From a virus: a DNA stretch of 64,000 nt. Shown here piece after piece: positions 46,048-55,692 of this stretch. Every line of letters starts with the position of its first letter. Within the stretch, counting starts at the first letter, position 1. The stretch lies in the IMG/VR virus record IMGVR_UViG_3300045740_000163, positions 22,391-86,390 of that record, one strand, 5' to 3'. The position numbers and the translations under genes are program-made. The notes beneath the pieces were generated by a model. It did not search any database. It had not been told where the DNA came from and saw only the letters and a list, made by a program, of their open reading frames with translations.

Positions 46048-46236
46048 CTAGGGATTATTCAGAAGATTGCCAGTGGGAGGGTCAATCCACTGACCGTCAA
46101 ACCACATCTTGCCAAGCAGACTCTCATCGCATGAGTCGATGCGAATCATATCAGGTCGGTCAATCTCACCAGCAGTTTGTGTAACTGCGTAGCAGATGTT
46201 GTTTGCCCCGATTTGAGCGTAATAGAACTCTTGCAT
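46048..46236 (-). CDS. Small tail-associated protein
   Basis: Context; LLGKMWFDGQW. Confidence 0.6.
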   Translation of the reverse strand: MQEFYYAQIGANNICYAVTQTAGEIDRPDMIRIDSCDESLLGKMWFDGQWIDPPTGNLLNNP

Positions 46237-46238
46237 GG

Positions 46239-46520
46239 TTAGTTAAACTCGATTACTTCGTAAGAGACCACAGTCTCGCTAACGCCCTCAGTGCTATGTT
46301 TAGTTGCTGTTACGGTTGTTGCATTTGTCAAACCAACTCTACCTAGTAGGAAAAGGCCGGAGCCACCGGTGTTAGACCCAAGAAAACTCACCATGGATTT
46401 CGACGTATTGACACTTGAAATTGTTGCAGTAGCGCTAGTATTGTTTCCTGCTATGGTTATCGTTCCCCTCTGAATAGATTTTATCGGGCTTCCGCCGACG
46501 AATTGAGTAAGTGTAGACAT
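46239..46520 (-). CDS. Small beta-rich tail tip protein
   Basis: IKSIQRGTITI...TISSVNTSKS...YEVIEF. Confidence 0.7.
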   Translation of the reverse strand: MSTLTQFVGGSPIKSIQRGTITIAGNNTSATATISSVNTSKSMVSFLGSNTGGSGLFLLGRVGLTNATTVTATKHSTEGVSETVVSYEVIEFN

Positions 46521-46541
46521 GGCTAAAACTCCAGATAAAAA

Positions 46542-47144
46542 TTAGTAAATACGCCAACCAAGGGTCGCATTAACGTATACAAGGGATACGTTAACGTTGG
46601 CCACATCAATGGTCATATTCTCAGCCAACTGCATAATTCGTGCGCCGTTTCCAGAAACCACGGTGGTTGTGATGCCACTTGCGTTACCCACTGCGACCTC
46701 AGCGCCCGTGGTAACAGAAGCAGGTAGCGTAATAATAACACCACTCGTTAAAACGGTTGTGCGCTCTCGCGTAGCGATCGTGCGGTTACCGGAAGAAAGT
46801 GTGTAGTTATAACTAAAAGCGGCGAGAGCAGCGTTGCCTGAAGCTAAAGCGGTGGTGCCGAGTGAAAGGGCGGCGTTACCAGAAGATAAAGCAGCAGTAC
46901 CAGAAGCTAGAGCAGCGACGCCTACCGATAAGGCGGCGTTACCGGAACTCAGGGCTGTATTTGCTGTTGTTTGGGCAGCTTGACCTGAGACTAACGCAAC
47001 ACCATCGATGCCTAATTTAGAACCCTCAAGCAAAAGGCCGCTAGGGTTTGGCAAAAGCGAAGGGTTGGCGCCAACAACCGTATCACCTTGAGGTAACTCA
47101 GAAAGAGAACCACTTACTAATACGAGTGGCCGGCGAGTCGTCAT
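46542..47144 (-). CDS. Tail fibre protein
   Basis: ALASGNAAL repeats; ITLPA...LVYVNATLGWRI C-terminal module. Confidence 0.75.
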   Translation of the reverse strand: MTTRRPLVLVSGSLSELPQGDTVVGANPSLLPNPSGLLLEGSKLGIDGVALVSGQAAQTTANTALSSGNAALSVGVAALASGTAALSSGNAALSLGTTALASGNAALAAFSYNYTLSSGNRTIATRERTTVLTSGVIITLPASVTTGAEVAVGNASGITTTVVSGNGARIMQLAENMTIDVANVNVSLVYVNATLGWRIY

Positions 47145-47190
47145 GTCTACCTCTTTTGCTTAATTATAGACTAGAAAAATATCTTGCAAA

Positions 47191-47694
47191 TTAACTGTAC
47201 AAGGTAACAGGAGCTTCAACTTCAACTTGCAGCTCGTTAGTGCTTAAAGCAAGACCCAAGCCAACAAGCGCAGCGTAACCGTCAGCAGCAGACACGGTTC
47301 CAGAAGCTGTGCTGTAACGAGTGACCTCACCTTGATATTTTGATAAGTAATAATACTGACCAGGAATCAAGGCGCTGTCGGCTGTGATGTTTACATCGTT
47401 AATCACAGCGATATCGTCTAAGTTAACCGCCACGCCGCTTCCTAAAGCTGCGGCTTCGGCTGTGATCCCGATAACATTAAAATTAGCGGCATCCGTGCCG
47501 CTAGCGGCTATCGCAGGTAGCGCATAGGTGCCACTAACATAAACCGGCTGACCTTGTAGCAGTACAGCTCCTGCTGTGAACTGCTGAGTATTAACAGCAG
47601 TGGTCGTAACACCGGCACCATTAACCAGCCAGACCGGTGAAGAGCCCGGTGTAAACGACGTGTAACGTCGATTGAAAATGGCTCTATCTGTCAC
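47191..47694 (-). CDS. Virion structural protein
   Basis: GQPVYVSG...LIPGQYYYLS...G.ALSTNEL; paralog of the 51325 ORF. Confidence 0.7.
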   Translation of the reverse strand: MTDRAIFNRRYTSFTPGSSPVWLVNGAGVTTTAVNTQQFTAGAVLLQGQPVYVSGTYALPAIAASGTDAANFNVIGITAEAAALGSGVAVNLDDIAVINDVNITADSALIPGQYYYLSKYQGEVTRYSTASGTVSAADGYAALVGLGLALSTNELQVEVEAPVTLYS

Positions 47695-47743
47695 CGGCCC
47701 TGACCTCTTTTTATAAATTATAGATCAATTGAAAAATCAGTTT

Positions 47744-48241
47744 TTACGCATAAACACCAGAGGGTGTGTAAACAGGCCAAGAGCTGTAATCCGAAGGTGA
47801 TCCACCAGAAGGAGTCACATAAGTGATGTAGTCAGCAAGTTGGTCAGTTGTTGCCGTTTGTTCGATCTCGTAAACTTTGCTTCCGCAAGCGAGTCGAACG
47901 GCCTCACGCCAAGACTTAATGGCAGGCTCAGCGGCCACGCCGTTGTCTGCCTCACGGATAATTATCCAATCCGTAGGATTCAGGAGGCTATTCGCGGTTT
48001 GCCGCGTGTTGTCCGACCACAACGAGACTAACTCAGTGTGATCTTTCGGGATTAACGTCCCACTCGCTGTGTAGCCCCAGTAAAACCGCTGATCATAAAT
48101 CAGAGGATCAGGTTCCTCTGTAATTCCAATCGCAGCACGCTCCTCAGGAGTGGCTAAGCGAAGCCAATTTGCAGGATACGACGTTCCGTTGGCTTCAAAA
48201 GGAGTGTCTAAAGGGATTGGTTTCCCGTCAAGAATGAACAT
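47744..48241 (-). CDS. Tail fibre assembly/chaperone-like protein
   Basis: YPANWLRL...AIGITE, YDQRFYW, LL.PTDW...R..VR. Confidence 0.75.
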   Translation of the reverse strand: MFILDGKPIPLDTPFEANGTSYPANWLRLATPEERAAIGITEEPDPLIYDQRFYWGYTASGTLIPKDHTELVSLWSDNTRQTANSLLNPTDWIIIREADNGVAAEPAIKSWREAVRLACGSKVYEIEQTATTDQLADYITYVTPSGGSPSDYSSWPVYTPSGVYA

Positions 48242-48261
48242 GGCTCGCTAATGGGTAGGGG

Positions 48262-50652
48262 TTACCTGGCACGAGCCAGGGCGAAAGGCGCTTCTGCGAA
48301 GGCGGCGTAGATGTAGGTTCCTGCGCTCGCATTAACAGAAGCGGTTCCGCTCCGAAGCTTGAAGCCATTGCTCAGGATGTCGGCAAGATCATTTGGATTC
48401 TCTGAATCAGCAGTATTTGGAAATAGCGCATCGTTATCGACGTTATAGCCTTTACGGACTGTGTCAATAATAGACCAATTGCTTGCAGTATCGGTGCGCT
48501 TCAACATGATCCAGCGAGGGCGCATGTTTGTGAACACCATTGGCCCATCTGCGCTGCCGTTGCCGGTGTAGGAACCGAAGGCGCTGTAGCCCGCGACTGG
48601 GGCGAAGCAGTAGGCAACAAAATTAGATCCATTGCCGTTGGTTGCAGCACCACTTCCAACAGAAAAAACTGAAGCTGTTGGGTCACTATTTGCACTTCCC
48701 CATGTAGCGTTTGCGCTACCACCTGCAGCCGAAGTATCAAACAGCAAATAGAACGCACCACCCAATGCACGGTGGTAAATAACCCAAGAGTTTGATGTAC
48801 TTCTACTTTTTACAATTAAAAACGACGGTGCAACACCCAATCCATGTCCTACTGTTGCACTTGCCCCGTTGCCAGTCCAAGTAACCACCGAAAACCCCGC
48901 ACTTGGATTAGCCCGCACCTGCGAGCTGATGGTGCCGGAGGTGTTGGTGACTGTTGAGGAGCCGGCATCAAACGCCCATCCTGCATAGGTCGCAGCGTTG
49001 GTGTTGACTTTTGCCAGCGTGCCAAGGCTGAAGCCGTCGCTGTTAAATGCCGTTAATCCCTGTGTTTGCGTCGTCTCAGCGGCAGTGCTGTTGCTAACAA
49101 GATCAATGGTTGCACCACGCACTGAATCATAGAGCGCGTGGTCGGTCGCACCAGAGCGCCCTTTAATCCATACCAGGTCAGGGTTGAAGCCAAGTCCTGT
49201 AATGCTGAGTGCCGAACCGTTGCCAGTCCACAGCGCGACATCCATCACGGTGCTGGGCTTGGTGATGGTGGGGGCAGGCAGGTTCGTTGTGCAGAGCGCC
49301 TTGAAGCCGCTGGGGGCGGTGTAGGCAAAGGGGCGTTGGCCGAAGTTGACATAAGCAGTGCGAGTTGCACTATTACCAACACCAACTGCAGGAAAGTAAG
49401 AGGCGGTTAATCCCGTAAATGCAGTCCCTTGACTTGCACCATTCTTGTAAAAAGTTAAAGTGCCGTTGTCAGCGTCGAATGCTACACCGACAACATCGGT
49501 ACTTGTGTAAGACGCTCCATAGCTTGTTCCTGTTGTCGTAGGCCCTTGCCATTTTGTGCCTGCGGAGTAGTACCCATAAGAAATGGCGGTTTGAACAAAG
49601 TAAGTAGCTGCCGCCGACCCGAGGTTGGCAGCGGCACTAATGATACCAACAAATGTTTCTTGATTGGATGGATTGACTTCGTAATACCATTTACCTGCAG
49701 AAGGATATGCAATAGTACCAAAGGAGCTATTCCAGCCTGTGGTAGATAGTTGAAGATTTCCATTCGCCAGCGTAGTTCCTGCGCCTAGAACGAGAGGATT
49801 AAACGTGCAATAGTTCCCCCTGACCTCACCGCCGGCGCCGGTGTCGGGCTGCGTGCCATTGACGGGTACGTCTACGAGGCTGTCGTTGCCTGCACCTGCG
49901 GTGACACTGAGGTTATTCGGCGTCCAGTTGTTGCCATTGCCGCTGGTGTCTTTGCCCAGCGTGATGGCGGTGGCGGCGCTGTTGTCCGCGAACGCAAGTT
50001 TGAACCCGTTGGTGCCGTAGCTGCCGCCGTATGCCTTGGGTTGCCAAACGCCGTTGATGTCCGTCTCCCCGAAGCTGCTGGGGGTCAGGGCTTGGCCGTC
50101 GATGAAGTGGACTTCGGCTAGGTAGTAGTTAGCGTAATTGTCGCCAGGATCCACCCGGCGTCCTATGTTGTGCGCGCTAGTGCGATTTACACCAGTATCA
50201 GCGTTTTGCGAGGGGTTGTTTAGTACGTCAAATGTCGTTATCTCTGACCCGTTTATATATAATCTAATCCGGCTATTTGCGGCTGCCAGTGTAGTGTCAA
50301 CACTGATCAGAACATGATACCAAGCGCTTGGATCTCTGTAGACAGCAGTTGTTGTTCTAAATGAAACCGCTCCTCCGTCTACAGCCAGCTTATTGTCAGA
50401 ACCGAAATACAAAAGCAGCCTTCCAGTATCTCCATCAGTGTTCAGGCCGACTGAAAGTAACACAGTGGTCGCGCTTATCGCGGACCTCTTAACCCACCCG
50501 CTCCACGTCCACGTCTTCCTGTTGCCCGCTGATGCCGGGGTGCGGCTCAGGTAGTTGGATGAAGCTGAATCAAATCGTAGGCTGCGCTCAATCCTATACC
50601 CACTGGAACCAGCGGCACCGAAAAACTCAGGAGACGAAGAACCTGGGATCAT
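48262..50652 (-). CDS. Long tail fibre/receptor-binding protein with LamG-like and SPRY-like domains
   Basis: RSLRFD, WTWSGWVKR, RDPSAWYH, GKWYYEV, PDLVWIKGR, YIYAAFAE. Confidence 0.85.
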   Translation of the reverse strand: MIPGSSSPEFFGAAGSSGYRIERSLRFDSASSNYLSRTPASAGNRKTWTWSGWVKRSAISATTVLLSVGLNTDGDTGRLLLYFGSDNKLAVDGGAVSFRTTTAVYRDPSAWYHVLISVDTTLAAANSRIRLYINGSEITTFDVLNNPSQNADTGVNRTSAHNIGRRVDPGDNYANYYLAEVHFIDGQALTPSSFGETDINGVWQPKAYGGSYGTNGFKLAFADNSAATAITLGKDTSGNGNNWTPNNLSVTAGAGNDSLVDVPVNGTQPDTGAGGEVRGNYCTFNPLVLGAGTTLANGNLQLSTTGWNSSFGTIAYPSAGKWYYEVNPSNQETFVGIISAAANLGSAAATYFVQTAISYGYYSAGTKWQGPTTTGTSYGASYTSTDVVGVAFDADNGTLTFYKNGASQGTAFTGLTASYFPAVGVGNSATRTAYVNFGQRPFAYTAPSGFKALCTTNLPAPTITKPSTVMDVALWTGNGSALSITGLGFNPDLVWIKGRSGATDHALYDSVRGATIDLVSNSTAAETTQTQGLTAFNSDGFSLGTLAKVNTNAATYAGWAFDAGSSTVTNTSGTISSQVRANPSAGFSVVTWTGNGASATVGHGLGVAPSFLIVKSRSTSNSWVIYHRALGGAFYLLFDTSAAGGSANATWGSANSDPTASVFSVGSGAATNGNGSNFVAYCFAPVAGYSAFGSYTGNGSADGPMVFTNMRPRWIMLKRTDTASNWSIIDTVRKGYNVDNDALFPNTADSENPNDLADILSNGFKLRSGTASVNASAGTYIYAAFAEAPFALARAR

Positions 50653-50659
50653 GATGTTA

Positions 50660-51316
50660 TCAAGGGCGGTAGTTTAAAGTCGCGATAGTCTGTATCTCCC
50701 TTGGACTAGTTACGTAATACGTAAGTATGTCCACGCCGCTTGCCGTAGTTGTCAAAGTAGGCGCCGCTCCGCCTGCAAACTGCCACCCGCCCGAATATGC
50801 CAACGTTCGACTTCCAGTACCATCTTGACGAACTGTTATAGCTCCGCACTGGCCTCCACTAGGTCCGATCGGTGCAGCTAGTGTGGAGTTCAAGCCAAGA
50901 GTGATGTCAAAATTATTACATGACGAGAAATCTAAGGTAATAACTCCACCCACGAGGCCACCTGCTGCAGGTCTGCCTACAGACTGAGACAGAATAGTCA
51001 CAGGTCCGCTAATAGGACCTCCAGTTTTATCGTACTTACCAGTTAAGCCGGACAGCGCGGCGTTACCCGAAGCAAGAGCCGTATTGGAACTGACTTGAGC
51101 AGCACTGGAGCTGACTAACGCAGCATTACCAGAAGCTAAAGCTGTGTTGGCTGTAGTTTGAGCAGCTACACCGCTTGCTGCTGAAGTATAACGAACATCA
51201 AGTACACCTACGTCTACTCGTTTGTTCGTAGAGCTTGATGCTTGAACAACAGGAAAATAATCACCGCTAGCGACTGTCGTAATCGCTGTCAGTTGAGAGA
51301 TTTTCTGACTAGCCAT
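50660..51316 (-). CDS. Tail fibre protein
   Basis: KISQLT start; ANTALASGNAAL repeats; QDGTGSRTL...APTLTTTA. Confidence 0.75.
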   Translation of the reverse strand: MASQKISQLTAITTVASGDYFPVVQASSSTNKRVDVGVLDVRYTSAASGVAAQTTANTALASGNAALVSSSAAQVSSNTALASGNAALSGLTGKYDKTGGPISGPVTILSQSVGRPAAGGLVGGVITLDFSSCNNFDITLGLNSTLAAPIGPSGGQCGAITVRQDGTGSRTLAYSGGWQFAGGAAPTLTTTASGVDILTYYVTSPREIQTIATLNYRP

Positions 51317-51324
51317 TGCGATTA

Positions 51325-51801
51325 CTAAACAGCGGTCTCTAAACTAATTGTAGAGCCATCTTCCAAAAGGATAGCATCAAAATTTATAGAGGGTGATCCC
51401 TCTAAAAGTAAAACCTCAGTAGGATTAACAATATACTGAGGCTTACTGATTTCAACAGAAATACCTGATGTAGATACAGCACGGCCAACTAATTCTAAAT
51501 ACGCATCAATAGCTGAGTTACTTAACTGTGTTTCCCAGGTTGTGTAATTAACAAGTTGTCCCGAAGCTGTTATCGATAAGTACTGCAGCTCTCCTGGAGT
51601 CAAACCGGAGTAGCCCGTATAAAGAGAGTCAGTATTAACTCGAATTAAATCACCGAACGCACCAGCGTCAATGGCGATGCCGGCCACGCTGGCTTGATCG
51701 CTCGTAAGCGCACTGGCTTTATAGATTAAGCCAGCGGAAGAAACATAAATAGCTTGGCCGGCCGAGATGGGTTCACCGGCTATAAAAGAAGCGATTGCCA
51801 T
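51325..51801 (-). CDS. Virion structural protein
   Basis: AGE.ISAGQAIYVS...GLTPG..YLS; LLEDG tail. Confidence 0.7.
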   Translation of the reverse strand: MAIASFIAGEPISAGQAIYVSSAGLIYKASALTSDQASVAGIAIDAGAFGDLIRVNTDSLYTGYSGLTPGELQYLSITASGQLVNYTTWETQLSNSAIDAYLELVGRAVSTSGISVEISKPQYIVNPTEVLLLEGSPSINFDAILLEDGSTISLETAV

Positions 51802-51825
51802 CTCGACCTACTGAGTAACTTAAGT

Positions 51826-51948
51826 TTAACCCTTACCTTGGCCTCTCAGCTTCTTGCGTCCATGAGACGGTTTGCTGTGCAAGCCATTACCCTGGCGAGT
51901 TTTTTTCGGCTTGCCTTCAATCAGCTGTGTGACTTTGGGTTTAGACAT
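51826..51948 (-). CDS. Small basic peptide, 40 aa (below cutoff)
   Basis: Hand-translated MSKPK...PKKTRQGNG...RGQGKG. Confidence 0.6.
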   Translation of the reverse strand: MSKPKVTQLIEGKPKKTRQGNGLHSKPSHGRKKLRGQGKG

Positions 51949-51993
51949 AGGTCTAAAAGAAACCAGGAAAGCTTAACAGCTTAAATAAAAACG

Positions 51994-52704
51994 TCAACTA
52001 ACATTATTTACTGTAACAATCACAGAAGGTATATCGGGCCGTGTCGGAGAAGTCAAACCACTAGCTGCTACTAGGCGCACGTTACTATCAGAAGAACACC
52101 ATCGTATTTCAGCGGTGTCATTAGCATCCAACGAGATAAAGGTATTCCACGCGGCAACGGCTTTTTCGGAGGAACCCTCTACAACTATCCGAGTGTTGGA
52201 CCAGCTGATGTTAGAACCATTTTTAGCAAACCATATATCAACATTTTCTTTATTAGCTGAGGTCTTATCTAGTTGCAGAGAAAACTGCAAATCATAAACA
52301 CCTGAATTACTGACTTTAATTAGATAACCTGAAACAACACTAACTCCATTTGAAACATCAGTGGTGTTTAAATAAACAGGTAGCGCTGTGCTGGGTGAAC
52401 TATTCAGCTGTACGGTCGTGTCGAAAAAGCTTCCGTAGTATCGAGCTGCTCCGACTCCACTAGGGCCCACCGGGCCTGTAGGTCCAACTGCGCCACTTGG
52501 ACCGACAACGCTGGCACCGCTTGGACCTAAAGCTCCACTAGGTCCTGTAGGACCAGGAATCCCATTATTAATTAGAACTAAAGCGCCATCGTCACGAGTC
52601 GTATAAAGATAGCCAGATGCTGTATTAAGAACTAACTCCCCTATTGCGGGATCTCCAGTCGAGACACCAGAAGCTGTACGCTTTAAACGTGCAAAATTAG
52701 CCAT
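51994..52704 (-). CDS. Tail protein with collagen-like G-X-Y stretch
   Basis: GELVLNT; GPTGPSG repeats; C1q-like GVYDLQFSLQ domain. Confidence 0.8.
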   Translation of the reverse strand: MANFARLKRTASGVSTGDPAIGELVLNTASGYLYTTRDDGALVLINNGIPGPTGPSGALGPSGASVVGPSGAVGPTGPVGPSGVGAARYYGSFFDTTVQLNSSPSTALPVYLNTTDVSNGVSVVSGYLIKVSNSGVYDLQFSLQLDKTSANKENVDIWFAKNGSNISWSNTRIVVEGSSEKAVAAWNTFISLDANDTAEIRWCSSDSNVRLVAASGLTSPTRPDIPSVIVTVNNVS

Positions 52705-53609
52705 CAGTAAACACCTCCATCAATATCGATATCAGACCAAGTAGATCCGTTCCATACTTTAACTTGATTAGTTCCGCTGTTAAACCAACCAGCACCTTGT
52801 GCGCTTGGTGCGGGCGACGCATTATTGTAAGCAAAAGTCCTCGAAGTACCTGTCTCGTACCACCCTGAAGTTGTTGCGTCATAGACGAACAACGAACCCA
52901 TCAAGGTGTTAAACCAGACCGAACCATCTCGGGGAGGTGCGTTCAGTCCTGTGCCTGACGGTGGTGCCTCGCCCTTGGACACAAGTGCTTCTGCGTTTGT
53001 CTGGTACCACGCGGGATCGGAAACGCTTCCGCCGCTCGCGTACACAAACAAACGACCTTCGTTGGTGTCGAACCAAAGAGATCCTGTGCTGTAGCCAGCT
53101 TCGGGCTCCCCAGACACCGTTACGCTAGCTCCGCCGCCTCCTCCGCCAGCTGCTGCTCCACTGATCAGTGCAAGACTACCGCTGTAGTTGACTGTGACAC
53201 TACCTTGACCTTCCGCATACAGATTAATCTTTGTATCGTTATCAGATAGATAAATACCAGAACCAGCCGTATAAACAATTCCAGACGCCGAAACTACCGA
53301 CGCATTAATAACCTCAAAAGATCCGCTTTGTGTGATGTAAATACCAGAACCAGCGACAATACCACTAGCTGTAGCTCCTCCAGTAGTTATTCCGCTAATA
53401 CTCGTATTTAGATCTTCTAAAGCGCGTACAACGCCTTCAAAGTTCCAGGGGTAACCGTACGGACAACGAGAGTAGCTTACAGTTCCCACGCCGCTAACAG
53501 TTCCGATGAGTTCTTCAATGACTTCAACAATTCCCTGAAAAGACTCACTATGGAGAGCTCGGGGAAGTGAGCCATGGGTTGGACAGGCGGGTACGTTAAT
53601 TTCAGTCAT
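52704..53609 (-). CDS. Tail/baseplate structural protein
   Basis: G.LWFDT..GRLFVY repeats; AGSGI repeats; IDGG end. Confidence 0.8.
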   Translation of the reverse strand: MTEINVPACPTHGSLPRALHSESFQGIVEVIEELIGTVSGVGTVSYSRCPYGYPWNFEGVVRALEDLNTSISGITTGGATASGIVAGSGIYITQSGSFEVINASVVSASGIVYTAGSGIYLSDNDTKINLYAEGQGSVTVNYSGSLALISGAAAGGGGGGASVTVSGEPEAGYSTGSLWFDTNEGRLFVYASGGSVSDPAWYQTNAEALVSKGEAPPSGTGLNAPPRDGSVWFNTLMGSLFVYDATTSGWYETGTSRTFAYNNASPAPSAQGAGWFNSGTNQVKVWNGSTWSDIDIDGGVY

Positions 53610-53661
53610 CTAAAACGTAAGCCCTCCCGTATTCTCCAGTTTAACTGAGAGAAATTAAATT

Positions 53662-53829
53662 TTACGTCTTTGTTCTCTCCAGAGAAACCTTAAATACGAG
53701 CTCGCCGTCTCGCTCATGAAACGCGAGCTGTTCAGCAAGCTGCCAGGCAGGAATACCAAGCACAGTAGCTCTACGACGCAAGCCCTCCCAAGTAACCTCT
53801 TCTACTGGCTGGACTGTAGTATTGGACAC
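53662..53829 (-). CDS. Small hypothetical protein, 55 aa (below cutoff)
   Basis: Hand-translated ...WEGLRRRATVLGIPAWQLAE... Confidence 0.45.
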   Translation of the reverse strand: MSNTTVQPVEEVTWEGLRRRATVLGIPAWQLAEQLAFHERDGELVFKVSLERTKT

Positions 53830-54206
53830 AGTGCGTCTCCTGGTTTTACAAAGTCTATAGCTTTATAAGAGTATATGTAAACCACGGGCTAGCCGTACCC
53901 CTGTGAACTGCGTTCGAAAAAAATCCTTCCAAAAAGTTTCTCTAAAATCAACCTCTTACAACCAAACTGGACTAATCAATCAAAGATAAATTACTAGAGT
54001 CGAATTTAGATAAATTTATTAAAGATAGAGTCTTGTAAAACTATTAGGAAAACGTTTAAGCACTACTCTTACAAAAGATAAAAACTGCAGTCTCAAGTTA
54101 GTCTCGTTGTAGACTCCCTTTTAAAAGAAAGTATTATTTCTAAGGCGTTTTACACCTTCCCTCCTTTTGTGCGCTGAGTACTCTCTGGGAGCTACATGCT
54201 TTCTTA

Positions 54207-54950
54207 ATGGTCTTTCAAGCGCGCAGGATGCTACGATGCGCCCAGAATGCGACCCTTGGTATGGCTTTAAACCTCCGGGCAGTAGCACTGCTAGGTCTTC
54301 TCGATTTAGACGAATCAACGTGCCTCCGTCCCACGGGGTCTCCTGAGACTCTTGAGAGGCTGGGCCATTGGCAGGTCGAACACCACTCAGACGTCTCTGT
54401 CTGGCGCTGCCTCTGCGGTCGTTCTGAGCCTCTCTTAGTCCCGGCTGACTTTCGCAAGCGGGTTCGCCTTCCTCACGACCTTGTCCCAGCCTGTGAGGTT
54501 TGCCGCAACGAGCTCGCTGCTTGCTCAAGCCGTGCTGCACGGCTACACGCTTGGCTTGAGCGCCATCGGCCCCTGATCGATCGGACGCAGCACCTTGAGT
54601 ACCCCGAGGACAGGGGCTTTACCTACAGTGAGGATGATGGCCAGTCCACGCGGACTCGGCGCTTCATCTACGAGGCGTTCTTTAAGACAAAGCTAAGATC
54701 AAGTGACTTCGTGAGCTCCAGGTGCTCTAATCCATTCTGTATCAACCCATACCACTTGTGTATCAAAGCAACCCCGAATCAAAAGGCGTCTCCGGACATC
54801 GAGAAATTTGTAGGCCACCTACAGGAAATGGGTATCTCCGCCAAGATCACACAGAAAGTGGTAGCGGAGAAATTCGGAACGAAATTATCCCTTTCTACAA
54901 TCCAAGGGCTCAGGGGCGCCTCCAGGCGATTACTCACTACAGCGGTTTAA
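54207..54950 (+). CDS. Zn-finger plus His-Cys/HNH-like loop plus HTH-like protein
   Basis: WRCLCG...ACEVC; CSNPFCINPYHL; KLSLSTIQ. Confidence 0.7.
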   Translation: MVFQARRMLRCAQNATLGMALNLRAVALLGLLDLDESTCLRPTGSPETLERLGHWQVEHHSDVSVWRCLCGRSEPLLVPADFRKRVRLPHDLVPACEVCRNELAACSSRAARLHAWLERHRPLIDRTQHLEYPEDRGFTYSEDDGQSTRTRRFIYEAFFKTKLRSSDFVSSRCSNPFCINPYHLCIKATPNQKASPDIEKFVGHLQEMGISAKITQKVVAEKFGTKLSLSTIQGLRGASRRLLTTAV

Positions 54951-55159
54951 TTCTTGACTTACATCAGATACAACCTGCTAGCATCACCGAGATCGCTGAG
55001 ACAGTCGGTCAATCTACGAGTACAACTCGAAATCACCTGAGGCGGCTCATGCAGCTAGACCTCGTAATTAAAACCTCATTCGAGCAACACTCTCTTTATT
55101 GTTTAAATGGCTGTTACAACATACACATCGCCCGCATACTCACAGAGTTCTACAACTGA
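54929..55159 (+). CDS. ArsR-like winged HTH protein (start uncertain)
   Basis: SITEIAETVGQSTSTTRNHLRRLMQLDLV; no nearby canonical start codon. Confidence 0.6.
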   Translation: MTHYSGLILDLHQIQPASITEIAETVGQSTSTTRNHLRRLMQLDLVIKTSFEQHSLYCLNGCYNIHIARILTEFYN

Positions 55160-55562
55160 ACTTAAGCGTCCCTGTCTTTGGGACGATGAGTACAAGATTG
55201 AAAACCTTCCAGCCTGGATCTACACAGACAACCAGCCTCCTAAAAGTATTCAAGATTGCGAGGCTAAGCTCAGCTCTCTGAACTACACCATTCGAGATAT
55301 CGAGCTGCAGATTGAGATCCGTGAGCTTGAGTTAAAGACTGGCTACAGTCGCCACGGAAACGCTTTTGACTTCGAACGCTGGAAGGTCGGCGCTCTCAAA
55401 GCCAAGCAAACTCACCTTTACCTCCTAAACGCATATACCTATTGGTTGATCAAGAACACACCTAAAACGCTTGACACCTCCTCAAAGGTTGATAAGCTAA
55501 TCGCGTTGCTAATTGAGGATCCAGCCGACTTCGAACAAAAAGCTACGGCGCTCCTAGACTAA
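55107..55562 (+). CDS. Coiled-coil hypothetical protein
   Basis: 151-aa ORF. Confidence 0.7.
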   Translation: MAVTTYTSPAYSQSSTTELKRPCLWDDEYKIENLPAWIYTDNQPPKSIQDCEAKLSSLNYTIRDIELQIEIRELELKTGYSRHGNAFDFERWKVGALKAKQTHLYLLNAYTYWLIKNTPKTLDTSSKVDKLIALLIEDPADFEQKATALLD

Positions 55563-55692
55563 ACAGATCAGCGTGTAACAAGGGCCACGCTGGTATGAGG
55601 GGTGTCATGTTCCTTTTCGCCCTTTCGGACTGACAGTAATTCGCTCTGACTGCCTGGTACCAGGTGGTCGTGAGGGGCCCCTCCAAAATTCA

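Noticed and set aside
44837-53609. Diversity-generating retroelement or invertible tail cassette
   Set aside because: No reverse transcriptase, TR/VR pair, invertase or flanking inverted repeats seen in the window.
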